A stretch of 29,460 nt of DNA from Tolypothrix carrinoi HA7290-LM1 (GCA_019358935.1 JAHHIK010000099.1:1-29460), one strand, 5' to 3'. Positions 1 through 10,365 are shown, counted from the stretch's first letter. The notes: generated by a model from the letters alone, not told the origin. Made by a program: numbers and translations.

Positions 1-161
1 GAATACTGGTAACAACGGCATCGGCACGTTGGCGCTACGCACCAACGCCACTTTGTTGTACGCGATCGCATGAATTGAGTGATCACAAGCCGTATCAATC
101 GATAACCCGCAACTTGGGTTAGTAGTTTACTAAGCTTCACAACTTTTGAAAAAGATTCCAT
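1..161 (-). CDS. Possible N-terminal part of a CDS running off the window edge (MESFSKVVKLSKLL...)
   Basis: ATG at 161-159 with GAGG about 10 nt upstream, and the frame stays open to position 1. No recognisable motif. Confidence 0.3.
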   Translation of the reverse strand, partial: MESFSKVVKLSKLLTQVAGYRLIRLVITQFMRSRTTKWRWCVAPTCRCRCYQY

Positions 162-268
162 AATGACTGCACCTCACAATTTGTCAGTATAAATTCATAA
201 GTCAACGCATCCTCCCAGCCCCAAATCATCTAACCTAGAAATAGCACTCTTAAGTGGTAGATAAACTT

Positions 269-991
269 ATGGAACAACTTTTGATCAATAATGATGATTA
301 CTACGTACCAGATGCTAACCAGCTAGTCACTGAAGACGATACGCCTGTGGACAATTTTGGCTCTGCTAAACAACAACGTCTTTCAGTCGGTTCTCTTTAC
401 AGTTCTCGACAAAATCAAACTTTTTTAGCGGCTGCTAATGTTGGCATTTATCATACAGACGGTGAGCCTCCCATTGTACCCGATATTTTCCTCAGCTTAG
501 ATGTACAAGTGCCTCAAAATTGGTGGGAAAAGCAAAATCGTTGCTACATGGTTTGGCGTTTTGGTAAACCCCCAGAAGTTGCAATTGAAATTGTCTCAAA
601 TAAAGAAGGTGATGAATTAGGGAGAAAACTAGAAATTTATGAACACATGCGGGTGAGTTACTACATTGTATATGACCCCACTCAGCAATTAGGACAACCG
701 CTACGCATTTATGAACTTAGAGGAAGGCGTTATTTTGAAACTACAGAAACTTGGTTAGAACAAGTTGGTTTAGGTTTGACTCTCTGGGAAGGAGAATTTG
801 AAGGTAGACAAGATATTTGGTTGCGTTGGTGTTACAAAGATGGGAATATTTTGCTAACTGGTGATGAACGCGCTTTTGAAGCTGAACAACGTGCTTCCGA
901 AGCTGAACAACGTGTTTCCGAAGCTGAACAACGTGCCCAATTACTAGCAGAAAGGCTGCGGGCTATGGGCGTAGATCCAAATAGCCTTTAG
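269..991 (+). CDS. Uma2 family (PD-(D/E)xK) endonuclease-like protein
   Basis: Motifs TEDDTPVDN, PIVPDIFLS, PPEVAIEIVS and YYIVYDP, plus the typical C-terminal EAEQRA repeats and LRAMGVDP tail. ATG at 269 preferred over GTG at 254. Confidence 0.92.
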   Translation: MEQLLINNDDYYVPDANQLVTEDDTPVDNFGSAKQQRLSVGSLYSSRQNQTFLAAANVGIYHTDGEPPIVPDIFLSLDVQVPQNWWEKQNRCYMVWRFGKPPEVAIEIVSNKEGDELGRKLEIYEHMRVSYYIVYDPTQQLGQPLRIYELRGRRYFETTETWLEQVGLGLTLWEGEFEGRQDIWLRWCYKDGNILLTGDERAFEAEQRASEAEQRVSEAEQRAQLLAERLRAMGVDPNSL

Positions 992-1109
992 AGACATTAC
1001 AAAGGCAGTTTACAAGCTTTTTCACCAACTTCCATTTGAGATGCTGGTAAAATTTATCTGTTTATATTTAAGGATAGGTCTAATAGATACCACCTCTATT
1101 ACTTCAACC

Positions 1110-1250
1110 TAATTAATAATTATTAATTCATAATTCATAATTAAAAAGGGTTTGTACCCGATGCCTCCTATAAGCATTTTTGTTTCAGGTGAGGTTGAAA
1201 TCCCGATTTGAAACATAATTATGAATTATAAATTATGAATTATGAATTTT
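1110..1250. repeat. Inverted heptameric STRR arms (TTCATAA / TTATGAA) flanking a ~70-bp core
   Basis: attcataattcataatt on the left and aattatgaattataaattatgaattatgaatt on the right. Confidence 0.6.
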
Positions 1251-1316
1251 TAAGAGGCTCAACTGGTATCGATCGCTTATATTTTTGTACTTCAGCCCGT
1301 TCTACTTTTTGAAACT

Positions 1317-1355
1317 AAAAAAATAGGGTAATGGAAAGTACCAAAATTACCCTAT
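1317..1355 (-). terminator. Rho-independent terminator of ftsH3
   Basis: Stem ATAGGGTAAT (1323-1332) / ATTACCCTAT (1346-1355), followed on the minus strand by a T-run. Confidence 0.7.
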
Positions 1356-1384
1356 CAAAAGTTATGAATTGTTAATTAACTCGT

Positions 1385-1413
1385 GTACAGACGTTCCAGT
1401 GGAACGTCTCTAC
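1385..1413. repeat. REP-like palindrome (GTAGAGACG family)
   Basis: gtacagacgttccagtggaacgtctctac. Related copies near 10366, 23165 and 26140. Confidence 0.75.
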
Positions 1414-1417
1414 TGAA

Positions 1418-3256
1418 TTACGCAAACGCGGCGGTTTTCACATCGTTGTTTGCGAGGATTTCTTGCAACTCATCAGCATCCACAGTTTCCTTATCAACCA
1501 GCATTTGCGCGATGAGGTCGAGAATGTGGCGGTTGCTAACTAAAACATCTTTAGCACGTTGATAAGCTACATCCACAAGTTTGCGGACTTCTTCATCAAC
1601 TGCGGCAGCGGTTTCTTCCGAGAAATCGCGCTCTGACATGATATCCCGACCGAGGAACATATTACCTTGCTGACGACCAAGGGCAACTGGACCCAAGCGA
1701 TCGCTCATGCCAAATCGTGTTATCATTTGCCGAGCAACACGCGCTACCTGTTGTAAGTCGTTAGAAGCACCTGTAGTTACTTCCTCTTCACCAAAGATAA
1801 TTTCTTCAGCAATCCGACCACCCAAAGCTACAGCCATCTGATTTTCCAGATAAGCGCGGCTGTATAAACCAGTGTCCATCCGGTCTTCGCTGGGGGTAAA
1901 CCAAGTTAAACCACCTGCACGACCGCGAGGAATAATGCTAATTTTTTGCACTGGGTCATAATCTGGCATCAAAGCACCAACTAAAGCGTGACCGGCTTCG
2001 TGATACGCTACCAATGTCTTGCGCTTTTCGCTCATTACTCGGTCTTTTTTCTCTGGACCAGCCAACACGCGGTCGATCGCGTCGTTGATTTCGTCCATTG
2101 AAATTTCCGTCAAATTGCGTCGTGCTGCCAAAATTGCTGCTTCATTCAACAAGTTCGACAAATCCGCACCGGTGAAACCAGGAGTACGACGAGCAATTTT
2201 ATCCAAGTCCACATCCTTTGCCAAAGTTTTGCCACGAGCATGAACTTTGAGAATTTCGCTACGTCCGCCGTAATCAGGACGATCCACCACAACTTGGCGG
2301 TCAAAGCGACCCGGACGCAACAATGCTGCATCCAATACATCCGGACGGTTGGTAGCAGCAATAATGATAATGCCGGTGTTGCCCTCAAAGCCGTCCATTT
2401 CGGTCAGCAACTGGTTGAGGGTTTGTTCGCGCTCATCGTTACCACCGCCTAAACCCGCACCCCGTTGACGACCTACAGCGTCAATTTCATCGATGAAGAC
2501 GATACACGGAGCATTAGATTTAGCTTGCTCGAACAAGTCACGCACGCGGGAAGCACCTACACCCACGAACATTTCTACGAACTCGGAACCAGAGATGGAG
2601 AAGAAGGGAACACCCGCTTCCCCGGCTACAGCACGAGCTAGTAAAGTTTTACCTGTACCGGGAGGACCAACTAGCAGCACACCTTTAGGAATTTTTGCAC
2701 CAACGGCGGTAAAGCGATCGGCGTTTTTGAGAAAGTCTACAACTTCGTTTAATTCCAGCTTCGCTTGGTCGATACCCGCAACATCACCAAAAGTTACTTG
2801 GGTTTGTGGCTCCATTTGCACTCTGGCTTTAGACTTACCAAAGTTCATCGCTTGGCTACCCGGACCATTTTGGGCACGACGCAGCAAAAAGAATAAGCCA
2901 ACTAAAAGCAATACTGGGAAAAATAAGCTGCTGAGTGCCTTAAACCAAAATCCTTCATCGGTTTGCGGCAAAACAGAAATATCAACGTTTTTTGCGGTGA
3001 GAGTGTTAATCAGGTCTGGATCGTTGACCAAGGTGACTATAAACTGGGTTCCTTGATTCGACTTCACAAGAGCCGTAGACCGATCTGCACTTAAACTGAC
3101 TTTTGCAACGTTATTATTTTCAACTTCTTGAATAAACTGACTGTAACGCCATGTTTCTCTGCTTTGGGGTTGTTTGTCAAAGAATGCTGTTCCTAAAGCT
3201 ATGACAACAATAAAAAGCAGCGCGTACAGCCCCGCATTTCTCCATCTTTTATTCAC
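1418..3256 (-). CDS. ftsH3: ATP-dependent zinc metalloprotease FtsH3
   Basis: Two TM segments, Walker A GPPGTGKT, Walker [14 protein letters not shown] zinc motif. The N-terminus [12 protein letters not shown] is typical of cyanobacterial FtsH3. Confidence 0.96.
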   Translation of the reverse strand: MNKRWRNAGLYALLFIVVIALGTAFFDKQPQSRETWRYSQFIQEVENNNVAKVSLSADRSTALVKSNQGTQFIVTLVNDPDLINTLTAKNVDISVLPQTDEGFWFKALSSLFFPVLLLVGLFFLLRRAQNGPGSQAMNFGKSKARVQMEPQTQVTFGDVAGIDQAKLELNEVVDFLKNADRFTAVGAKIPKGVLLVGPPGTGKTLLARAVAGEAGVPFFSISGSEFVEMFVGVGASRVRDLFEQAKSNAPCIVFIDEIDAVGRQRGAGLGGGNDEREQTLNQLLTEMDGFEGNTGIIIIAATNRPDVLDAALLRPGRFDRQVVVDRPDYGGRSEILKVHARGKTLAKDVDLDKIARRTPGFTGADLSNLLNEAAILAARRNLTEISMDEINDAIDRVLAGPEKKDRVMSEKRKTLVAYHEAGHALVGALMPDYDPVQKISIIPRGRAGGLTWFTPSEDRMDTGLYSRAYLENQMAVALGGRIAEEIIFGEEEVTTGASNDLQQVARVARQMITRFGMSDRLGPVALGRQQGNMFLGRDIMSERDFSEETAAAVDEEVRKLVDVAYQRAKDVLVSNRHILDLIAQMLVDKETVDADELQEILANNDVKTAAFA

Positions 3257-3284
3257 GCTCGGTCAATCCTCCAATATTTTTTGT

Positions 3285-3340
3285 GCGTTAGCTTCCAGCC
3301 GGCGCTTTGCGCCATCGCGTAGCGTCTCTGTTAAGAGAGG
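3285..3340. repeat. SDR-type insert in a HIP1 site plus an adjacent SDR-like segment
   Basis: GCG|ttagcttccagccggcgctttgcgcc|ATCGC (26-nt insert, 3288-3313), followed by gcgtagcgtctc...gagag. Confidence 0.6.
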
Positions 3341-3393
3341 GCATTATAAGAATTATGTTAACTTATCTTAAGGTATATCAGATTTCCGCACCC

Positions 3394-4179
3394 TCATGCT
3401 AGAAAAAGTTCCCGCAATTGCTGAAAAATCGGATGCCTGGGATCATATTCTAGCTTTCCTGTCGGCTGAATGACGGTGTGGATGGGGATAAGTTCGACTA
3501 CGCAATTACTGTAAGCGATCGCCTCAAATTTTTTGACTAACTCTGGCGTCCAAGGTTCCTCTCTCACCACTTGCTGCTGAGTGTGAAGGTAATTTATCAA
3601 TTGCTTACGCATAATTCCTGGCAAAATTCCCTCTGTTGGAGGTGTCCACCAACAGCCATCAAGCCATCCCCAAAGATTGCCGGTACTCGTTTCTAACCAA
3701 TTTCCCGCTTTTGAAACTAAAATTGCTTCTTGAGCATTCAACTTTTGAGCGCTATTTTTTGCCAACCAAGCACTCAGGTAATTTCCAGTTTTGTGAATCG
3801 CAAGACTGCGATAATATTCCGCTATGGAAAGGACGCAAACAATACCATTTTTTTGCTTATAAGTCAAATCCGGGATTAATAATCTGCCAGTTATCCACTC
3901 TCGTCCATCAGGAAAGACAGTAATTCTGAGAATGGGGAAGTGTGCCATGATAACTTCTGCACCTTGACGCAGACGCTTCCAGTCTGGTTGCTGCCAACCG
4001 AAAGTTTGTAAACTAAATTTTAGGCGATCGCAATGTGACACCCAATTAGTTAAACTACTATCCAGCTTGTCATAAACCCGCAGCGTAGTAAAAACCGTCG
4101 CTCCATAAAGTAACCCCGGATCGTCAATTGCTAACTCCAAGGTTTGAGACTCAATTAATTTGCCGTTATACCAAAACAA
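3394..4179 (-). CDS. Aminotransferase class IV (PLP fold IV; PabC/IlvE-like)
   Basis: Motifs DPGLLYGATVFTTLR, HKTGNYL, ETSTGNL and GILPGIMR. Confidence 0.9.
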   Translation of the reverse strand: MFWYNGKLIESQTLELAIDDPGLLYGATVFTTLRVYDKLDSSLTNWVSHCDRLKFSLQTFGWQQPDWKRLRQGAEVIMAHFPILRITVFPDGREWITGRLLIPDLTYKQKNGIVCVLSIAEYYRSLAIHKTGNYLSAWLAKNSAQKLNAQEAILVSKAGNWLETSTGNLWGWLDGCWWTPPTEGILPGIMRKQLINYLHTQQQVVREEPWTPELVKKFEAIAYSNCVVELIPIHTVIQPTGKLEYDPRHPIFQQLRELFLA

Positions 4180-4186
4180 AGCAAGT

Positions 4187-4498
4187 GTTAGTAGTTAGAG
4201 GTTAGTAGTTAGTAGTTAGTAGTTAGTAGTTAGTAGTTATTAGTTCATATTAGCAACTAATAATTAACACCAATTCTCTATAAATATACTCTTAACAAGC
4301 CCGCGTAGGCGGAGAGAAGTTTGAGCGGAGGTTTCCTCCGATCAAAGCTTCGGAGCTTCGTTCGTTTAGCCCCAGGCTTCCAGCCTGAGGGCGAATAAAA
4401 CGCAACATCACAGATAATTAGTATAACCACCAACCACCAACAACCAACCACCAACCACCAACCACTAACAACTAACCACTAACAACCAACCACCAACA
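4187..4498. repeat. STRR tracts (TTAGTAG)n and (ACCACCA/ACCAACA)n flanking a composite dispersed repeat
   Basis: Heptamer arrays at about 4187-4245 and 4426-4498. The central 4298-4393 segment has hairpins, including cggaggtttcctccg. Confidence 0.75.
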
Positions 4499-4503
4499 AA
4501 TCT

Positions 4504-5283
4504 TCAATCTTTCTTCGGAAACTTAATTTGATTTCCTTGAGGAGTACTGATTACCTTTCCTCCCAAAGTTTCGATTTTTCCAATTGCTATTTTACGGGTT
4601 TTATCATCAACATGATTATTTAAAACCATTGCCCATGAAGCAATTTGAGCATGTTTGCTATCAGGATTCTGACTGAGAAAATCAGCAGTTTTTTGAGAAA
4701 TAGTTATAACTTGTTTACTTTCTTCATCTGAATAGTTATTCGCCCAGTTTGCCGCTGTTTCAAAAGATTGTCTTGCGGCTGGAGAATTGCCTAAAAATAA
4801 TAACTCATCAATTCCTTTATAACGCCACACATAATAAGATTTTTCCGGAACCCAAGGAGATAGTGACTTTAAACTTTTCTCCATTAATGCAACAGACCTT
4901 TTTGGCATAGCAGCATACATAGAAGTACTAGTAGAAAGACCAATATAAGCTGTTAAAAATCGCGGATCGTTTCCCAAAATGACTTCAAAATATTCTGGAC
5001 TGAGGCTGTAACCTGTTTTTTCGCGAATTTCATCATCACCAAAGTATTGCAAAAAATCGAGATATACCCAATCGGCAATTAAGTTTTTATATCCGAAACT
5101 GGGCATATTTTTCAGAAACATAAGACGTAATTTTTCGGATTTAATTTCTCTTTCTATTTTTAAAGATGCAATATTGCTACTGTTCTGTTTTTGCAGTCGC
5201 GTAAATTGGATTAATCCAACTCCGAAGATACACAAAACAATTAGAAAAAAAGTAGTCACACTTTGACGAGATAAAGAGAACAT
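4504..5283 (-). CDS. Conserved membrane-anchored hypothetical protein (TPR-like helical)
   Basis: N-terminal TM segment, motifs NLIADWVYLDFLQYFGD and DPRF, 259-aa ORF. Confidence 0.75.
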   Translation of the reverse strand: MFSLSRQSVTTFFLIVLCIFGVGLIQFTRLQKQNSSNIASLKIEREIKSEKLRLMFLKNMPSFGYKNLIADWVYLDFLQYFGDDEIREKTGYSLSPEYFEVILGNDPRFLTAYIGLSTSTSMYAAMPKRSVALMEKSLKSLSPWVPEKSYYVWRYKGIDELLFLGNSPAARQSFETAANWANNYSDEESKQVITISQKTADFLSQNPDSKHAQIASWAMVLNNHVDDKTRKIAIGKIETLGGKVISTPQGNQIKFPKKD

Positions 5284-5479
5284 TCTGGTTGTTGAAAAAT
5301 AATCAAACTACAGATATATAGTTCCCAGAAATACAACTTAAATAACACGTTCTGTGTTAAAAATTTTATTTACGCCAGAGAATGTTCACTTATTTACTTA
5401 GGAGCCTTGATTAAAGATAATTGAGATGGCGTTTCCAAACAACAGACAGATGTAGATGCATCAACCAAAAGCTCAAGAG

Positions 5480-5760
5480 AGAAAAGTGGTTCTTTGCCCA
5501 TTGGCAGAAATACAGTACCCATGAGAACTGTACTACCGATTTTGAGCGATCGCCCTGTTATGGTACTGTTGGTTCTAAGGTTGAATCCAATCCAAAGTGC
5601 AAGCAGTGAGATAAGAATAGCGATCGCTCCACCTAGCAGCCATTGCCACCGTTCTGGTAATTTAGCTTGGCTTGACACGGTAAGGCTAAGTCGAGTGTAG
5701 TATAAGCCGTGAGCATGGCGATCGCCACCCAGAGCAAGACGCTTGCGAATGAAGATATCA
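5480..5760 (-). pseudogene. Degenerate MHYT-domain membrane sensor fragment
   Basis: One frame reads VLLWVAIAMLTAYTTLDLA, then shifts to VSSQAKLPERWQWLLGGAIA|ILISLLALWIGFNLR...KIGSTVLMG. These are MHYT-like TM segments, but the MH[FY] motifs are missing. Confidence 0.6.
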
Positions 5761-6013
5761 GTTGCTTGCCGGATATTGTAGACCAAGACACCCAAACGCA
5801 AGCAACGCCCAAATTATGCTTATTTTCCCATCCAAAGCAATGCAGGGGTAAAGCAAAGATTTGACAGTAACTTTCATGCTTATTTTTTTCTACCCCTTTT
5901 GGTCAGATTGTCTAGATGTTTTGAAAAACTACCTCGCTAGGCTGAGGGATTACTTCTGACAATTATTAAAATTTTTAAATAGTTATTAATTTATCTTGAT
6001 TTTTGGTCAGACC

Positions 6014-6661
6014 ATGAAAAAGAGTAACAGCATTTTAGCAAAAGTATTGTTCAGTGCAATTAGTGTAGGCAGTCTTGTTGCTCTGTCTGCCTGTAACAAC
6101 CAGCCGGTTGCCGAAAATCCAACAGTTCCTCCCGCTACAGAAACTCAGACAACCCTTGCCCCCACAACACCGGAAACTTCAGCAACTACCGTTCCTTCTG
6201 CCTCACCAACACCCGCAGGCACAACTGCAAACCAAAATTTGGGAGAATTGGCACAGACAGCAGCCAGTCAGGGTTCATTTACAACTTTAACAAAGGCAGT
6301 ACAAGCCGCAGGCTTAACTGAACAACTGACTGGGAAAGGACCTTACACAGTATTTGCACCTACTGATGCTGCTTTTGCCGCATTACCAAAAGGTACTGTA
6401 GACAAACTCCTCAAGCCAGAAAACAAATCAAAATTAGTCAAGCTTTTGGGATATCATGTTGTACCCGGGCAAGTCACCTCTAGCCAGCTAACATCTGGAC
6501 AAGTCAAAACAGTAGAGGGTACTCCTGTGACAGTAAAAGTTGATAGTGCCAGCAACTCAGTCACAGTCAACGGTGCTAAAGTCGTTCAGGCTGACATTCC
6601 CGCTAGCAATGGCATTGTGCATGTAGTTGACAAAGTAATTGTGCCACCCAATTTTAAGTAA
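6014..6661 (+). CDS. Fasciclin (FAS1) domain lipoprotein
   Basis: Lipobox LSAC, a P/T-rich linker, and FAS1 motifs GPYTVFAPTDAAF and NGIVHVVDKVI. ATG at 6014. Confidence 0.93.
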   Translation: MKKSNSILAKVLFSAISVGSLVALSACNNQPVAENPTVPPATETQTTLAPTTPETSATTVPSASPTPAGTTANQNLGELAQTAASQGSFTTLTKAVQAAGLTEQLTGKGPYTVFAPTDAAFAALPKGTVDKLLKPENKSKLVKLLGYHVVPGQVTSSQLTSGQVKTVEGTPVTVKVDSASNSVTVNGAKVVQADIPASNGIVHVVDKVIVPPNFK

Positions 6662-6705
6662 GTCTTAAGCACCGTCAGCGCAAATATACTTAACCCAACT
6701 AAATA

Positions 6706-6746
6706 ACCCCCTGTTTACGCTTCGCAGCAATAACTGGGGGCTTTTT
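6706..6746 (+). terminator. Probable terminator after the fasciclin gene
   Basis: CCCCCTGTT...AACTGGGGG imperfect stem followed by CTTTTT. Confidence 0.5.
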
Positions 6747-8236
6747 CGTGCTTTAGTTTTAAAAGAAGTACACAAAAATTTGGTTTGAGAAAAATTCTTA
6801 TTAAATAGTTTTACTAACGCACTTTACTTAATTGCTATATTTAACCATTTAAATGTCATTTACCCTGCCAGTTGAACTTTTGAAGCTGAAAAATAAGGCA
6901 AGCAGAAAGATAAACTTATTCATAAAAAGGATTTTTTGTCAAGTTTTCTCGTCAAAAATTACTAATTTTCCGTAGTTTGGTTAAATTTAGTGCAAGTTAG
7001 GTAGCCCTACTACTGAGGCTCTAATAAGAGCGATGGAAGTAGTCTAAAGTTTAGTAGTCGCAGCTGCACCAAAACATCTACTCCAACTAACGCGCTCTAC
7101 CTTCATCTGACCCTAGTCCTTGCTCTTGGCTCAAATTTCTGGCTTTTAAGCGTGAACAGCAGCTTGTGAAAAACTTGCTAATATCTTCATGTGCTGTAGC
7201 ACAAGTGACAATTTCCCATAAATGTCATGCAGTTTTGACGCTTTGTAGGCTAATATCTATAATCTTATGTGTCAAATCTTTTGTGAATTGATTAAAATAT
7301 CGTTGTATACAATAAGAACAGTTTGTCAAGTTTCATAAGGCTGAAATCTCACTTCTTGCGCTAAGGTGTGATTAAGACCGAATTGAGAAAGCGCTGATTC
7401 TGCCCAATACCTTAACTCCTCAGTTTAGGTGATTGGAAAAAAGCCAGTTGAGTGCTTGAATATGAGCAACACAACTGTTCAGTTCGGAAACTAATGCAAG
7501 TGGGTAAGCTTAATCAATCATAAAAACAACAAGCTTGATGAAGCACTCATAGCATCTCAACTGTTTAGCTTTAAGGCGATGTCTAGTTTACGCAAATTAT
7601 CACTCAGTAAGATATGAAGTAAATGTAAAAAGGGCTGCACTCAAACATCTAAACTGAGTTAACATTAAATGCACGGTTTCTAAGTAGCTAATGTTTTACA
7701 TCATACTTAGAAATTAGAGAAAGGCAAGTATACCTCAGTTTGAATGTAATGATAATGCCACTGTAAATCCCAAAAAGATTTGGCAAAATTTAAGGGTATA
7801 ATTACTTTTTTCAATACTTTTTAGGTGGAACAGGCTCAACTTTACTTAAAGACTTCATTGTAATTACACAAAAAGAGTGCAATTTCTGTGAAACAGGCTA
7901 CAATCGGAACAGTCTTTACATAAACATCTCCCAACAGTCATATTAGTTTTATATGGAGTGGTGAGTTTTTTAAGAAGATGAGTCTTTTTTAGACCAGTTA
8001 GTCAAAAGTGATGTGTAACAGCAACACTTATGGCGTTTAGTTTCATCATCAGAAGTCGGTTGAAACGGCGGCTTCGCACTTAAGCTAGAAATACCTCCCT
8101 TGGGAGGCGTAAAGATTCCGGAAATATTAGTGGCTTTCTTTAAGCCCTGTATTTTCGCTTGTCAAAAAGCTCATTTATAAGAGCAGTAAAAACATCTTTC
8201 CTGAATTGATTCTGCAAGGAGCATGAGGAACGCGGC

Positions 8237-9406
8237 ATGAACCAGGCTAACAACGTACTCGAAAGCATTTATCAGCCTGACCTAGAAATAATGAATCAGC
8301 CTGAGCTCGAGTTAGAAGAACTCTTAATCGAGGATGAAGAGGACTTGCTTATTAACGATGAAGGCGACGATGAATTTTTAGAGCCTCAGTCTGATGAGGA
8401 CGACGCAAAGTCTGGGAAAGCCGCTAAATCGCGTCGCCGGACCCAAAGCAAGAAAAAGCATTATACCGAAGATTCGATTCGGCTTTACTTGCAAGAAATT
8501 GGTCGTATTCGCCTTCTTCGGGCAGATGAAGAAATTGAATTGGCACGAAAGATTGCCGACTTACTGGAATTAGAAAGAGCACGCGAAAAACTTTTAGATC
8601 AGTTGGATCGCGATCCGAAGGACAGCGAATGGGCAGAAGCAGTGCAACTGCCGCTACCAGCATTTCGTTATCGCCTACATGTCGGTCGCAGGGCGAAAGA
8701 TAAGATGGTGCAATCTAACCTGCGCTTAGTAGTTTCAATTGCCAAGAAGTATATGAATCGTGGCTTGTCCTTCCAAGACTTAATTCAGGAAGGTAGCCTA
8801 GGTTTGATTCGCGCTGCCGAAAAGTTTGACCACGAAAAAGGTTATAAGTTTTCTACATACGCTACGTGGTGGATTCGTCAAGCAATTACTCGTGCGATCG
8901 CCGATCAATCTCGCACTATCCGACTTCCGGTTCATCTTTACGAAACCATCTCTCGGATTAAGAAAACCACCAAGCTGCTTTCTCAAGAAATGGGTCGCAA
9001 ACCCACTGAAGAAGAAATCGCTACTCGTATGGAAATGACCATCGAGAAGCTGCGGTTTATTGCCAAATCTGCACAACTGCCGATTTCTTTAGAAACGCCT
9101 ATTGGCAAAGAAGAAGATTCCCGACTCGGCGATTTTATTGAGTCAGATGGCGAAACCCCAGAAGACCAAGTTTCCAAAAATCTTCTGCGCGAAGACCTAG
9201 AAAAAGTCCTCGACAGTCTTAGCCCCCGCGAACGCGATGTTCTCAGACTGCGCTACGGTTTAGATGACGGTCGCATGAAGACACTTGAGGAAATTGGACA
9301 AATTTTCAACGTCACCCGCGAACGGATTCGTCAAATTGAGGCGAAGGCACTCCGCAAGTTACGCCACCCAAATCGCAACAGCGTTCTTAAAGAGTATATC
9401 AGGTAA
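8237..9406 (+). CDS. sigA: Principal RNA polymerase sigma factor SigA/RpoD
   Basis: MNQANNVL start, [36 protein letters not shown], and region 4 [17 protein letters not shown] upstream. Confidence 0.97.
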   Translation: MNQANNVLESIYQPDLEIMNQPELELEELLIEDEEDLLINDEGDDEFLEPQSDEDDAKSGKAAKSRRRTQSKKKHYTEDSIRLYLQEIGRIRLLRADEEIELARKIADLLELERAREKLLDQLDRDPKDSEWAEAVQLPLPAFRYRLHVGRRAKDKMVQSNLRLVVSIAKKYMNRGLSFQDLIQEGSLGLIRAAEKFDHEKGYKFSTYATWWIRQAITRAIADQSRTIRLPVHLYETISRIKKTTKLLSQEMGRKPTEEEIATRMEMTIEKLRFIAKSAQLPISLETPIGKEEDSRLGDFIESDGETPEDQVSKNLLREDLEKVLDSLSPRERDVLRLRYGLDDGRMKTLEEIGQIFNVTRERIRQIEAKALRKLRHPNRNSVLKEYIR

Positions 9407-9408
9407 GA

Positions 9409-9447
9409 GCGTGGAAGCGTGGAAGCGTGGAAGCGTGGAAGCGTGGA
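9409..9447 (+). repeat. Octamer tandem repeat (GCGTGGAA) x5
   Basis: Read directly from the sequence. Confidence 0.9.
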
Positions 9448-9458
9448 TAACTGTTGAA

Positions 9459-9705
9459 CGCCAGATGCCTCAAGTCGGGAAACCCTTTCGGCAGTCGCTC
9501 ATGGGGGGAACCCCCAAGACCGCGCTGCCTCACCACAGCACTGGCTCCTGTTAACTCTTCGGCTTGGCTCGTTCCTCGCTAACGCTGCGCTATCGCTACC
9601 GCTTCTCCTTGCAAAGACGCTTTGCGTTTACGAAGTGTGCCCGCAGGGCTTTACGCTAACGCCACTTACGCGGCTGTTGGCACCGCAATTGATCGCAGTG
9701 GCTCA
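9459..9705. repeat. Cluster of nested small dispersed repeats (SDR-like)
   Basis: cgccagatgcctcaagtcgggaaaccc[cggcag...ccccaagaccgcgctgcct]...cactggctcc, then further cgctaacgc-type modules. Related copies at 15084 and 17073. Confidence 0.75.
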
Positions 9706-9757
9706 CCAACAACTATCAATTATCAACTAACTACTAACAACCAACAACCATTAACCT

Positions 9758-9797
9758 AAAAAACCTGGAAGTGAATTAACACTCCCAGGTTTTTTTT
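9758..9797. terminator. Bidirectional terminator between the convergent sigA and hli genes
   Basis: AAAAAA-CCTGGAAGTG-loop-CACTCCCAGG-TTTTTTTT. Confidence 0.85.
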
Positions 9798-9822
9798 ATT
9801 AAGATATTTATCGTTTTAAATA

Positions 9823-10002
9823 TTACAGGATGCCCCAGAAGTGCAGGAAACCTTCACCAGAGAATATCTCAATTAAAGCGGCGGCTAAAAAGCCAATCAT
9901 TGCCAAGCGACCGTTCCAAATTTCTGCTTGTGGGGTGAAACCCCAACGCCAAGCATTGCGATCGTCCATTACGGGGGCGGAAACTTTTGTTGTGTTTTGC
10001 AT
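9823..10002 (-). CDS. hli: High-light-inducible protein (Hli/SCP, single-helix CAB family)
   Basis: WGFTPQAEIWNGRLAMIGF signature. ATG at 10002, with an alternative GTG at 10011. Confidence 0.95.
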   Translation of the reverse strand: MQNTTKVSAPVMDDRNAWRWGFTPQAEIWNGRLAMIGFLAAALIEIFSGEGFLHFWGIL

Positions 10003-10032
10003 GGTTGGCACTCCAAAGTGGATTTACGAAAC

Positions 10033-10060
10033 TTTGTTACTCTATGTAAACTAATATAAC
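10033..10060 (-). promoter_or_regulatory. HLR1 (RpaB-binding) direct repeats upstream of hli
   Basis: Minus strand reads GTTATATT-AG-TTTACATA-GA-GTAACAAA against the consensus (G/T)TTACA(T/A)(T/A)-N2 repeat. Confidence 0.75.
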
Positions 10061-10365
10061 AATCTTTTTCTAAGATGCAACATAATATTTCAAATATTGT
10101 GATATTTTATTGACTTTGATAGCGATCGCTGATATTGAGAACAGACTAAGAAATCCACTTGAACGTGAATTTTTAAGGCTGAGGTTACAAAGCGTTTCAG
10201 TTTTGCTTTGTCACAACTAATTAGATTTATTGAGATATTATTTCAATTAGTATATCTGTTATGGTGTCAGATATTAAGACTTTTTTACCTAATCTTTGAT
10301 GTTCTGTGTGAATGCCGCTGTACACAGTCCTTTGAAGTATTAGTAATAATTAGCATTTAACGACA

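Noticed and set aside
269..991. Uma2 genes as a defence island
   Set aside because: Uma2 genes are highly multicopy and scattered in cyanobacteria, and no methylase or other defence partner is adjacent.
5394..5801. Intact 135-aa membrane protein
   Set aside because: It is better explained as a frameshifted, internally deleted MHYT remnant.
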